From positions 1 through 48,239 of the forward strand of contig CBDUON010000001.1 in NCBI GenBank assembly GCA_965368835.1: a DNA stretch of 48,239 nt. The letters run 5' to 3'. The notes below the pieces were generated by a model. It was not told the DNA's origin and made no database searches. It was given only the letters and a program-made list of their open reading frames with translations. A program made the position numbers and the translations under genes. Of this stretch, positions 1 through 8,527 are shown one piece after another. The stretch is from an uncultured Eudoraea sp. (lineage in GTDB: Bacteria > Bacteroidota > Bacteroidia > Flavobacteriales > Flavobacteriaceae). Numbering within the stretch: the stretch's first letter is position 1; each line of letters opens with the position of its first letter.

Positions 1-167
1 TCGATGTTTTTGATATCTATGGGGTTTTATACCTTACCCAAACATTAGACGGACGTAATGGGCCTACTACACACGAAATAAACATGAGTGCGTGTTTAAA
101 TGGCATATATTTTATCCGTTGTACTTCAGGTGATGATGTTCAGGTATATAGTGTGGTAAAAGAGTAA
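1..167 (+). CDS. 3' end of a protein with a T9SS type A C-terminal sorting domain (partial, begins before the window)
   Basis: Frame from nt 3 reads DVFDIYGVLYLTQTLDGRNGPTTHEINMSACLNGIYFIRCTSGDDVQVYSVVKE* (TAA 165-167). This matches the T9SS CTD pattern (xxDIxG...INxSxLxxGIYFIR...VVKE). Not in the ORF track. Confidence 0.75.
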   Translation, partial: DVFDIYGVLYLTQTLDGRNGPTTHEINMSACLNGIYFIRCTSGDDVQVYSVVKE

Positions 168-183
168 ATAAATTAGAAGGCCT

Positions 184-2175
184 ATGATCTTACTAAAAAA
201 GAACACCTACCTGGTGGGGGTATTTCTGGCGCTATTGGGGCTGGCTTCCTCCTCCTTATACGGACAGACTACTGAGATAGACAGTCTTAAAAAGGTGGTT
301 CAAACTGGTAAGCGAGACACGGCGATGGTTAATACATTGATTAACTTGAGTCTTGTAGTGTTAGGCAATGAGGATATAGAAAATTCTCTGGCTTATGCTG
401 AAAAGGCGAATGAACTTGCCAAAGAAATCAACTTTCGTAAGGGTCAGGCGTATGCGCAAAAATATATAGGCTTGGCTCAATATTATCAGGGGAATTACCT
501 TGCTGTAATGGACTATTGGACCAAATCTCTCGAGAGTTTTGAAGCAGTAAAGGATACCACCGGAATGGCCAATATCCTTAATAATTTGGGAGGGGTTTAT
601 TTGAGCCAAGGGGGTAATGATAAGGCACTAGACTATTATTTAAAGTCGCTCTACTATGCGGAAAAAATCAAGGATACTTTAAGGATCACCTCAGTATTAC
701 CTAACATTGGTGCTGTATATGGCGACATGAAGGATTACGAGAAAGCCCTTGCCTATTTTAAGCAGTTAGAGGCATATTTGCCCAGCATAGCGGATCCACA
801 GATCACCACGTATTATTTAATGGGAATTGGGGAAATCTATAATAAAATGGAGGATTATGAAAGTGCGTTAGACTCTTATCATAAAGCATTGCCTCTTAGT
901 GAGAATACGGGAGATTATTCCCACGTTCTAAAAGAACTAGGTACCATAGAGTTTAAAATTGGGAATGTAGAAAAGGCTATTGAGCATTTAAACCTGTCAT
1001 ATGAAACTGCCAAAGAGAAAAATCAGCAATTGGAGACACTAAATGCCCTAATTGGTCTTGGAAACATTTATCAGGAAACGAATTACCAGAAAGCAGTAGC
1101 TTATTACAATGAAGCAGAGACTTTGGCCCTGGAATTGGAAACGAATAAAGGGTTAAGAGATATTTATGAAGGTTTGTCCAAAACAAATGCCTCAGTTGGG
1201 AATTATGACAAGGCATATACCTACCAGACCTTATATCTGGCCAGAAAAGATTCTATCTATAATCTTGAGACTGATGACACCATCCGAGGCTTGCAATTCG
1301 ATTTTGAAAATCAAAAGAAAGAGGATGAAATAGGATTGTTAGAGCAGCAAGCTCAAATATCTGAACTAACTGAAAAAAGACAGAAGTATGCACTATACGC
1401 TACCATATCGTTTCTTGTTTTGGTTTTTGTACTCGCTGTAGGTTCCTATAAACGGTATAGGTATGTGAAGAAAACCAACAAGATCATAGAAGTAGAGAAG
1501 GAAAGGTCCGAAAAATTACTGTTAAACATTCTCCCGGAGGAAACGGCCCTCGAATTAAAAGAACACGGTAAGGTTGCCGCGAAGAAGTTTGAATCGGCTA
1601 CCATTCTGTTCTCAGATTTTAAAGGTTTTACCAGCTATGCCCAAAACCTGTCTCCGGAAGACCTGGTTAGAAGTGTGGATTACTACTTCTCCAAATTCGA
1701 CCAGATCATGGATAAATACGATCTGGAAAAAATAAAGACTGTTGGGGATGCCTATATGTGTGCCGGGGGCTTACCGTTCCCAACCACAGACCATCCATTA
1801 AAAATGGTGGAGGCTGCTTTTGAAATAGCCCAGGTGATGGAAGATATGAAGACCAACCCTGAACCGGGTATTGTTTCCTTCGATGTGCGGATAGGGATCA
1901 ATACAGGGCCTGTAGTGGCCGGTGTAGTGGGCCTAAATAAGTTTGCCTACGATATCTGGGGAGATACTGTAAATGTTGCTTCCCGTATGGAAACCATGTC
2001 CGAACCGGGCCGTATCAATATCTCCGAGAATACCTATCAGCTCATTAAGGATGTATATGAATGTGAATTCAGAGGGAAGGTGGATGTGAAAAATAAGGGC
2101 AAGATGGAGATGTATTTTGTGAATGCAAGAAAAATTATTAGACACACCAAATCGAAGGAAGAAGTAAATGTGTAA
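184..2175 (+). CDS. Membrane-anchored class III adenylate/guanylate cyclase with N-terminal periplasmic TPR array
   Basis: Signal peptide, TPR repeats (LNNLGGVY...ALDYY), TM helix YALYATISFLVLVFVLAVGSY, S-helix ERSEKLLLNILP. Catalytic motifs FSDFKGFT, KIKTVGDAYM, RIGINTG, YDIWGDTVNVASRME. Confidence 0.93.
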   Translation: MILLKKNTYLVGVFLALLGLASSSLYGQTTEIDSLKKVVQTGKRDTAMVNTLINLSLVVLGNEDIENSLAYAEKANELAKEINFRKGQAYAQKYIGLAQYYQGNYLAVMDYWTKSLESFEAVKDTTGMANILNNLGGVYLSQGGNDKALDYYLKSLYYAEKIKDTLRITSVLPNIGAVYGDMKDYEKALAYFKQLEAYLPSIADPQITTYYLMGIGEIYNKMEDYESALDSYHKALPLSENTGDYSHVLKELGTIEFKIGNVEKAIEHLNLSYETAKEKNQQLETLNALIGLGNIYQETNYQKAVAYYNEAETLALELETNKGLRDIYEGLSKTNASVGNYDKAYTYQTLYLARKDSIYNLETDDTIRGLQFDFENQKKEDEIGLLEQQAQISELTEKRQKYALYATISFLVLVFVLAVGSYKRYRYVKKTNKIIEVEKERSEKLLLNILPEETALELKEHGKVAAKKFESATILFSDFKGFTSYAQNLSPEDLVRSVDYYFSKFDQIMDKYDLEKIKTVGDAYMCAGGLPFPTTDHPLKMVEAAFEIAQVMEDMKTNPEPGIVSFDVRIGINTGPVVAGVVGLNKFAYDIWGDTVNVASRMETMSEPGRINISENTYQLIKDVYECEFRGKVDVKNKGKMEMYFVNARKIIRHTKSKEEVNV

Positions 2176-2194
2176 CTTAGAGCTATCTAAGTAG

Positions 2195-2719
2195 ATGAAA
2201 TTAATGAAGCATCAGGATCCAAATAATTATTGGGAACAGCTAGAACGCCTCGAAAAATTAATACGGGCCTCTGAATTAAAGGCTGGGGTACTATTCTCTT
2301 TTCACAGTCTTATTTTAGGATTGTTTGCGGAGCGGCTCGACTTTTTTGAGCCTATGTTCCGGGGCAATATATGGTTTACCATTTTTTTTATTCTTTGGTT
2401 ACTATGTGTGTTGGTCTCTGTTTATTATTGTTTTAAATGCTTTATGCCACGTATGGAAATGAAGTACCAAGCCAATGTATTCTTTTTTAGAGATGCTGTA
2501 AAAGCATTTGGCAACACTGAAGAATTTACCAAAAGGATCATTGAAATATGTAATAGCGAGGAAGAATTATACATCCAGTTAGCTGAACAGATTCACGCAG
2601 AGAGTAAGATCATTGAAGAAAAATTTGGCAGTGTACAAAAGTCACTCCGATTTTTTGCCCTGAGCTTTGTCTTTGCCATTGTAAGCCTTGTCATAGGCAT
2701 AATCCAAATTGCTACCTAA
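2195..2719 (+). CDS. Pycsar-type transmembrane effector (PycTM/DUF5706-like)
   Basis: 174 aa with about 3 hydrophobic segments. Motifs ASELKAGVLF (ADxKA-like), NVFFFRD and LAEQIHAESKIIEEKF followed by a C-terminal TM, as in DUF5706/PycTM. Confidence 0.75.
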   Translation: MKLMKHQDPNNYWEQLERLEKLIRASELKAGVLFSFHSLILGLFAERLDFFEPMFRGNIWFTIFFILWLLCVLVSVYYCFKCFMPRMEMKYQANVFFFRDAVKAFGNTEEFTKRIIEICNSEEELYIQLAEQIHAESKIIEEKFGSVQKSLRFFALSFVFAIVSLVIGIIQIAT

Positions 2720-2733
2720 AAATCGTCACATCA

Positions 2734-3315
2734 ATGACGGGATATTTTAAATTAAGGCGAAGGGCCCTAAACCTGCTTCGCACAGAACTAACGGATGAGC
2801 TCCGTTATCATGGTATTGATCATACTCTGGAGGTTCTTAAGGTATGCAATGAGTATATCCGTCGCGAAAAAATAAGTAGTGATGAAGCCCAGCTACTTAG
2901 GACAGGAGCTATTTGCCACGATCTTGGCTTTACGGTCTCATATTATGACCATGAAGAACACTCTGTTGTCATTGCCATAGATCTGATGAGGAAATACAAT
3001 TATTCTGAGAAAAATATAAAAGCTGTCATAGGGCTTATCAATGCAACCAAAGTACCTCAATCACCCAAAAATCATTTGGAAAAGATCCTTTGCGATGCCG
3101 ACCTCGATTATCTGGGCAGAAAGGATTACAAAAAGATAAGCGACCTGTTATTTCAGGAATTAAATGCTTTTGGGCAGATATCTTCCAAAAAAGCGTGGAG
3201 AGAAATGCAAATCAACTTTCTTGAGAATCACGAATACCATACCCCATTTGCCAGGAAGAACAGGCAACCAGGCAAAGAAAGACGACTGCGCGAGTTAAAG
3301 GAGCAAAAAAATTGA
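2734..3315 (+). CDS. HD-domain metal-dependent phosphohydrolase
   Basis: YHGIDHTLEV, AICHDLGF, HEEHS, LCDADLDYLG motifs (H...HD...D). Confidence 0.88.
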   Translation: MTGYFKLRRRALNLLRTELTDELRYHGIDHTLEVLKVCNEYIRREKISSDEAQLLRTGAICHDLGFTVSYYDHEEHSVVIAIDLMRKYNYSEKNIKAVIGLINATKVPQSPKNHLEKILCDADLDYLGRKDYKKISDLLFQELNAFGQISSKKAWREMQINFLENHEYHTPFARKNRQPGKERRLRELKEQKN

Positions 3316-3340
3316 CTGCTAAACCAAATAAATTGGGAGC

Positions 3341-3622
3341 TTATTTAATATCTCTCAGATATTTCTTCTCTATATAGAAAGTACCATAGGGTAGGAGTGA
3401 TGCGAGGAAAAATTTTAAATAGGTCTTTAAACTCCATTGTTGTTGCCGGCAAAATGCATAGGCCACTATGATAAAGGCAATAAATAAAAAGCCATGTACA
3501 TAGCCAATATAGATATTGGGTTCCCTGATTTTTGCCCAATATTTTAAGGGCATACTAAAACCAAATAATAGTAAATAGGAGATTCCTTCCAGAATGGCCA
3601 AAAGACGTAAGGTCTGCAACAT
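3341..3622 (-). CDS. DUF3817-family small membrane protein
   Basis: LAILEGISYLLL, GYVHGFLF, ASLLPYGTF motifs; 93 aa, hydrophobic. Confidence 0.8.
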   Translation of the reverse strand: MLQTLRLLAILEGISYLLLFGFSMPLKYWAKIREPNIYIGYVHGFLFIAFIIVAYAFCRQQQWSLKTYLKFFLASLLPYGTFYIEKKYLRDIK

Positions 3623-3634
3623 TCTCTATGCTAA

Positions 3635-5026
3635 TTATAAATGAATGACTTCCCCATAAGCATCAGCTACCGCTTCCATAACGGCCTCACTCATGGTAGG
3701 GTGGGGGTGTACTGTTTTTAAGACCTCATGACCTGTTGTTTCCAGTTTACGTCCAAGAACAGCTTCTGCTATCATATCTGTAACTCCGGCACCAATCATA
3801 TGGCAACCAAGCCATTCTCCGTATTTGGCATCGAAAATGACCTTTACGAATCCTTCTGAGTTTCCTGAAGCCTGTGCTTTCCCACTTGCCGAAAAAGGAA
3901 ATTTTCCAACTTTAATATCGAGTCCTTTTTCAATAGCCTGTTTTTCTGTAAGTCCAACAGAAGCAATTTCCGGCAGACAATAAGTACATCCGGGAATATT
4001 GCCGTAGTCCAAAGGTTCTACATGCATTCCTGCGATCTTTTCCACACAAAGGATCCCTTCTGCAGATGCCACATGGGCAAGAGCAGGTCCTGCGGTTACA
4101 TCACCAATGGCATAGTAGCCGGGAATGTTGGTTTGATAAAAGTCGTTCACAAGGATCTTGTCCCTGTCAATGGCGATCCCAACCTCTTCCAGTCCTATAT
4201 TTTCTATGTTTGTTTTGATGCCAACAGCCGAGAGAACAACATCTGCTTCAATGATCTCTTCCCCCTTAGGCGTCTTTACAGTTACCTTAACCCCATCACC
4301 AGAGGTATCTGCCTTTGTAACCTCAGATGAGGTCATTATTTTAACACCAGCTTTCTTAAAGCTACGCTCCAGTTGTTTGGAGATCTCTTCATCTTCTACA
4401 GGAACAACATTTGGTAAAAATTCTACTACAGTTACCTCAGTTCCCATAGCGTTGTAGAAATAGGCAAATTCAATTCCTATGGCCCCACTCCCTACAACTA
4501 CCAATTTTTTTGGTTGTTTTTCGAGCGTCATTGCCTCTCTGTAGCCTATGATCTTTTTTCCATCCTGAGGTAAGCTGGGTAATTCCCTGCTGCGAGCTCC
4601 GGTGGCAATAATGATATGGGAAGCACTGTATTCGGTCTCTTTCCCGTCTTCGCCGGTAACTTTTACTTTTTTCCCGGCTATAACTTTACCGAAGCCATTG
4701 ATGACTTCTATCTTGTTTTTCTTCATAAGGAACTGCACTCCTTTGCTCATTCCCTGCGCCACATTTCTGCTGCGCTTCACTACTGCATCAAAATCTTTGT
4801 CTGCACCTTCTACTTTTAATCCGTAATCACTGGCATGATTCAGGTATTCAAATACCTGAGCCGATTTTAAAAGGGCTTTGGTAGGAATACAACCCCAATT
4901 AAGGCATACGCCCCCAAGGCTTTCTTTTTCAATAATTGCGGTTTTGAGTCCCAGTTGGGAAGCTCTGATTGCGGTTACATATCCTCCGGGACCGCTCCCT
5001 AAAACTATAACATCGAAAGTGCTCAT
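3635..5026 (-). CDS. lpdA: Dihydrolipoyl dehydrogenase
   Basis: GSGPGG FAD motif, redox disulfide GGVCLNWGCIP, C-terminal HPHPTMSE. Confidence 0.97.
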   Translation of the reverse strand: MSTFDVIVLGSGPGGYVTAIRASQLGLKTAIIEKESLGGVCLNWGCIPTKALLKSAQVFEYLNHASDYGLKVEGADKDFDAVVKRSRNVAQGMSKGVQFLMKKNKIEVINGFGKVIAGKKVKVTGEDGKETEYSASHIIIATGARSRELPSLPQDGKKIIGYREAMTLEKQPKKLVVVGSGAIGIEFAYFYNAMGTEVTVVEFLPNVVPVEDEEISKQLERSFKKAGVKIMTSSEVTKADTSGDGVKVTVKTPKGEEIIEADVVLSAVGIKTNIENIGLEEVGIAIDRDKILVNDFYQTNIPGYYAIGDVTAGPALAHVASAEGILCVEKIAGMHVEPLDYGNIPGCTYCLPEIASVGLTEKQAIEKGLDIKVGKFPFSASGKAQASGNSEGFVKVIFDAKYGEWLGCHMIGAGVTDMIAEAVLGRKLETTGHEVLKTVHPHPTMSEAVMEAVADAYGEVIHL

Positions 5027-5063
5027 CTGAATTTATTTTAGTAGATCTGTAGAACTAAGATGG

Positions 5064-5071
5064 CAAAGTTA
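5064..5071 (-). promoter_or_regulatory. Bacteroidota housekeeping -7 promoter element for lpdA
   Basis: Minus strand TAACTTTG matches TAnnTTTG, about 40 nt upstream of the ATG. Confidence 0.6.
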
Positions 5072-5188
5072 CAAAACCAAAATGAAACGTTTTTTATTTA
5101 TATGGTTCGTTTATAACAAAGAAATTCCTCACAAGAACTACAGCATAGCCTTGTAATAAATCAAATAGATAAGGAAAGGGGAACTGAC

Positions 5189-5698
5189 TTACTCTACAGG
5201 AACAAACTCCAGGGCAGCTCCGTTTACACAATGGCGTTTTCCGGTAGTTTCTCTTGGGCCGTCATTGAAGACATGGCCAAGGTGACCGCCACAAACAGCA
5301 CAGTGCTCTTCGGTTCGTTCATAGCCAATTTTATAGTCAACATCATAGGCCACATTGCCTTCAATTGCCCTGTCAAAACTTGGCCAGCCGGTTCCGGAGT
5401 CAAATTTATCCTCACTGCTAAAAAGAGGTGTTTTACAAGCAGCACAGACGTAAGTACCCGGCTTCTTTATGTTGAGTAACTCACTAGAGCCCGCATTCTC
5501 TGTCCCGGCCTTTCTAAGTACATAAAATTGCAAATCAGTGAGTTCTGCACGCCACTCTGCTTCTGTTTTTGTAATTGGATACAGATTTTCCGCCGTTTCA
5601 GTACCAGATTCGGAGGTATCCTTCATTTCCTTTTCCTGGGAAACTCCCTTGCAATTAATAGCTAAAAGACAGATCCCGATAAGCATAATTTTTTTCAT
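5189..5698 (-). CDS. msrB: Peptide-methionine (R)-S-oxide reductase with lipoprotein-type signal
   Basis: KFDSGTGWPSF, CAAC/CAVC Zn motifs, GHLGHVFNDGP, RHCVNG; N-terminal MKKIMLIGICLLAINC. Confidence 0.95.
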   Translation of the reverse strand: MKKIMLIGICLLAINCKGVSQEKEMKDTSESGTETAENLYPITKTEAEWRAELTDLQFYVLRKAGTENAGSSELLNIKKPGTYVCAACKTPLFSSEDKFDSGTGWPSFDRAIEGNVAYDVDYKIGYERTEEHCAVCGGHLGHVFNDGPRETTGKRHCVNGAALEFVPVE

Positions 5699-5739
5699 AG
5701 CAATTTTTTCTACTTGTCGTTATTTTTTCGCGTTCCTTT

Positions 5740-5747
5740 CAAAAATA
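5740..5747 (-). promoter_or_regulatory. -7 promoter element for msrB
   Basis: Minus strand TATTTTTG. Confidence 0.5.
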
Positions 5748-5753
5748 AGCAAT

Positions 5754-5785
5754 AAAAAATCCCCTGTAAATAGCTACAGGGGATT
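5754..5785 (-). terminator. Intrinsic terminator downstream of the collagen-like lipoprotein gene
   Basis: Perfect 11-bp stem AATCCCCTGTA/TACAGGGGATT, 6-nt loop, U-tract on the minus strand. Confidence 0.8.
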
Positions 5786-5801
5786 AATAAGGTGTTGTCT
5801 G

Positions 5802-6377
5802 TTAATTTAATATGATTCGTTGTATCTCATTTTCTGATACATTGAGCGCGCGCATCACGGCGTCTATGTTGGAGGTGTCTAACTTCCCTGTAGTGCCATA
5901 TTCTGCAGGTACGATGGCGATCCTGAATACCTGATCATCTGTATCGCCAGACATCAGCGTAGCCAGATCGAAATCCGATTCAAGAAAAACACTTACATCA
6001 AAAAATGTGTGATCAAAATTATATTGTAGTATCCCCTGATCTAGTAATCTTGTCTGAGGAAGTAGTCGCCAGATATCCACAAGTTCTCCATTTCCATCTT
6101 CTGTCTGATCCCATAGGATATAGACAAAAACCAGATCGGATTCAAAAACCTCTGTGGTGTTAGGGAATTCGTAGAATAGGGTATACTCATTTGCAGGAGT
6201 AAAACTTCCTTCAATTTCAAAGACCGTACCCAGGATGTTAATTCCGTCCTGCCCGTCTAAACCATCCAGTCCATCAAATCCGTCATATCCGGGAGGGCCG
6301 GGAGGGCCTGCTGGGCCTTCACAAGAGATCATAAACAGTACGGCGATTGCGCTAAAAAAGAGTGACATTTTTTTCAT
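5802..6377 (-). CDS. Collagen-like (Gly-X-Y) lipoprotein
   Basis: Likely start MKKMSLFF at 6377; lipobox MISC followed by GPAGPPGPPGYDGFDGLDGLDGQDG. Confidence 0.8.
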   Translation of the reverse strand: MKKMSLFFSAIAVLFMISCEGPAGPPGPPGYDGFDGLDGLDGQDGINILGTVFEIEGSFTPANEYTLFYEFPNTTEVFESDLVFVYILWDQTEDGNGELVDIWRLLPQTRLLDQGILQYNFDHTFFDVSVFLESDFDLATLMSGDTDDQVFRIAIVPAEYGTTGKLDTSNIDAVMRALNVSENEIQRIILN

Positions 6378-6457
6378 AATTGATACCTTTTTATAGTTTC
6401 TGAACAAGAATATTCAGATGGGGGTTTGTTTTGATTATTAATATGTTTTCTATAGTT

Positions 6458-6473
6458 ACAAAAAGCGTTCCAA
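6458..6473 (-). promoter_or_regulatory. Putative sigma54 (-24/-12) promoter of the collagen-like lipoprotein gene
   Basis: Minus strand TTGGAAC-GCTTT-TTGT, with the spacing of TGGCAC-N5-TTGC. Confidence 0.5.
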
Positions 6474-6590
6474 AATTTTCCATTATCTTAAATCCCCGCT
6501 AAATGAACCTAGTAAATTTATGGGATTAAGAAGATTCTTTTGACTAATATTTTCTATTTTTAACCAAAACCAAATGAGCCAACTATGCCA

Positions 6591-8525
6591 ATGAAACAAG
6601 AGAGGGTTATAATTGAAAATATGAGTCCACAACTTGAGTGTGGCACGTATTTTATAAAGCGTATTGTAGGCGAAATAATTACCGTATATGCTGATGTGAT
6701 AGGTGATGGACATGATGTGGTACAGGCAGATGTCGCATTTAAACACGAAAGTGAAAAGTCTTTTTCCACTGTACGAATGGATCATATTGGTAATGACGTA
6801 CACGGTGCAAGCTTTAGGGTCCTAAAACAGGGATTTTATGAATATAAGGTAGAAGCCTGGGTAGATAACCCGCTAAACTGGCAACATGGGATTGAAGCCA
6901 AGTTAAGGGATCATCAGACCGTTACCAGCGAATTACTCGATGGGATTCAATACCTAAAACCCCTTTTAAAAAGCGTTTCATCAAAAGATAAGGCATATAT
7001 AGAACAGCTTATTCAGGCCTTTCAGGATGGAGGAAGTTATAATATGGCCATAAAAGAGGCCGTATCTAAAAAGCTCCATGTTCTATTTGTAAAACATCCG
7101 CTAAGGACTTTGGTGAATTCCAGTAGGGTCTTAAAAGTCTATGTGGATAGGGAAAAGGCAAGGTTTAGTACCTGGTATGAGTTTTTTCCTCGATCAACAG
7201 CAAGTGTAGAAGGTGCACACGGCACTTTTAAAGATTCGGAGCGACTATTGCCAAAAATTGCGGCTATGGGCTTTGACACCGTTTATTTGCCGCCTATACA
7301 TCCTATTGGAGAAGTAAACAGGAAAGGAAAAAATAATGCGACAGCCGCCCAGGAAGGCGATAGTGGAGTGCCATGGGGCATTGGGTCCCGACTTGGAGGA
7401 CATAAGTCCATCCATCCGGAATTGGGGACAGAAGCAGATTTTAAAAACTTTATTAAAAAAGCAGGAGAATTTCAGTTAGAAGTGGCGATGGACCTGGCTT
7501 TTCAGGCTGCTCCAGATCACCCGTATATAACCACCAATCCGGAATGGTTTCGAAAAAGACCGGATGGAACCATGCAATACGCAGAAAATCCACCAAAAAA
7601 GTATCAGGATATTGTAAACTTCTATTTTGAATCTAAGGCATACAAAGCATTATGGCAGGAGTTACTAGATGTTACCTTACATTGGATAGGCTTTGGTATC
7701 AATATTTTCAGAGTAGATAATCCGCATACCAAGCCCTACTATTTTTGGAATTGGCTGATCTCTGAGGTTAAGAAAAAACATCCGGACGTTTTATTTTTAG
7801 CAGAGGCCTTTTCGAGACCAAAAGTAATGCAGGAATTGGGCAAACAGGGCTTTTCACAGTCGTATACCTATTTTACCTGGAGGGTACACAAACACGAGCT
7901 CATGGAATATATGACCGAGCTTACTCAATCTGAGATGAAAGAGTATTACCGTCCTAATTTTTGGCCCAATACCCCGGACATTAACCCGTATCATCTCCAG
8001 GGAGCTAATGAAAGTATGCATATTATCCGCTACGCTCTTGCAGCCACTCTATGTGGTAATTTGGGTATCTATGGTCCTGTTTTTGAGTATATGGTTACAG
8101 ATGCCATGCCCGGCAAAGAAGAGTATTTGCATTCAGAGAAATATGAAGTGCGATTTTGGGATTGGTCAATAGAGAACAAGATCACATATTTAATAACAAA
8201 ACTGAATCATGCCCGCAGGAGCCATCCTTCCCTGCAGCAAACTAATAATATTAAGTTTTGCCCAATTGAGAACGATAAGTTGATGGCGTTTTATAAATGG
8301 GATGATGACAGAACAGATGAAACCCTGATCATTATTAACCTCGATCCTTACTATTCCCAGCAAGGCATGGTGCAATTACCCCTCAAAGCTTTGGGGATAG
8401 AAGAGGGAAGACCTGTACGGATGCACGATATCATCACGGACAATAGTTACATTTGGTACAGTGAATGGAATTTTGTGGAACTACCGGCAAGTCTCCCTTT
8501 CCATGTCTTTCAAATTAAAAAATAA
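6591..8525 (+). CDS. glgE: Alpha-1,4-glucan:maltose-1-phosphate maltosyltransferase (GH13)
   Basis: WYEFFPRS, YLPPIHPIG, YAENPPKKYQDI, FRVDNPHTKP, FLAEAF, NTPDI motifs. Start may be 6585 or 6591. Confidence 0.95.
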   Translation: MKQERVIIENMSPQLECGTYFIKRIVGEIITVYADVIGDGHDVVQADVAFKHESEKSFSTVRMDHIGNDVHGASFRVLKQGFYEYKVEAWVDNPLNWQHGIEAKLRDHQTVTSELLDGIQYLKPLLKSVSSKDKAYIEQLIQAFQDGGSYNMAIKEAVSKKLHVLFVKHPLRTLVNSSRVLKVYVDREKARFSTWYEFFPRSTASVEGAHGTFKDSERLLPKIAAMGFDTVYLPPIHPIGEVNRKGKNNATAAQEGDSGVPWGIGSRLGGHKSIHPELGTEADFKNFIKKAGEFQLEVAMDLAFQAAPDHPYITTNPEWFRKRPDGTMQYAENPPKKYQDIVNFYFESKAYKALWQELLDVTLHWIGFGINIFRVDNPHTKPYYFWNWLISEVKKKHPDVLFLAEAFSRPKVMQELGKQGFSQSYTYFTWRVHKHELMEYMTELTQSEMKEYYRPNFWPNTPDINPYHLQGANESMHIIRYALAATLCGNLGIYGPVFEYMVTDAMPGKEEYLHSEKYEVRFWDWSIENKITYLITKLNHARRSHPSLQQTNNIKFCPIENDKLMAFYKWDDDRTDETLIIINLDPYYSQQGMVQLPLKALGIEEGRPVRMHDIITDNSYIWYSEWNFVELPASLPFHVFQIKK

Positions 8526-8527
8526 CA

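Noticed and set aside
184-2719. Calling the locus a canonical Pycsar system
   Set aside because: The cyclase is a signal-peptide/TPR/TM receptor type with ATP-specificity residues, unlike PycC. Reported as Pycsar-like only.
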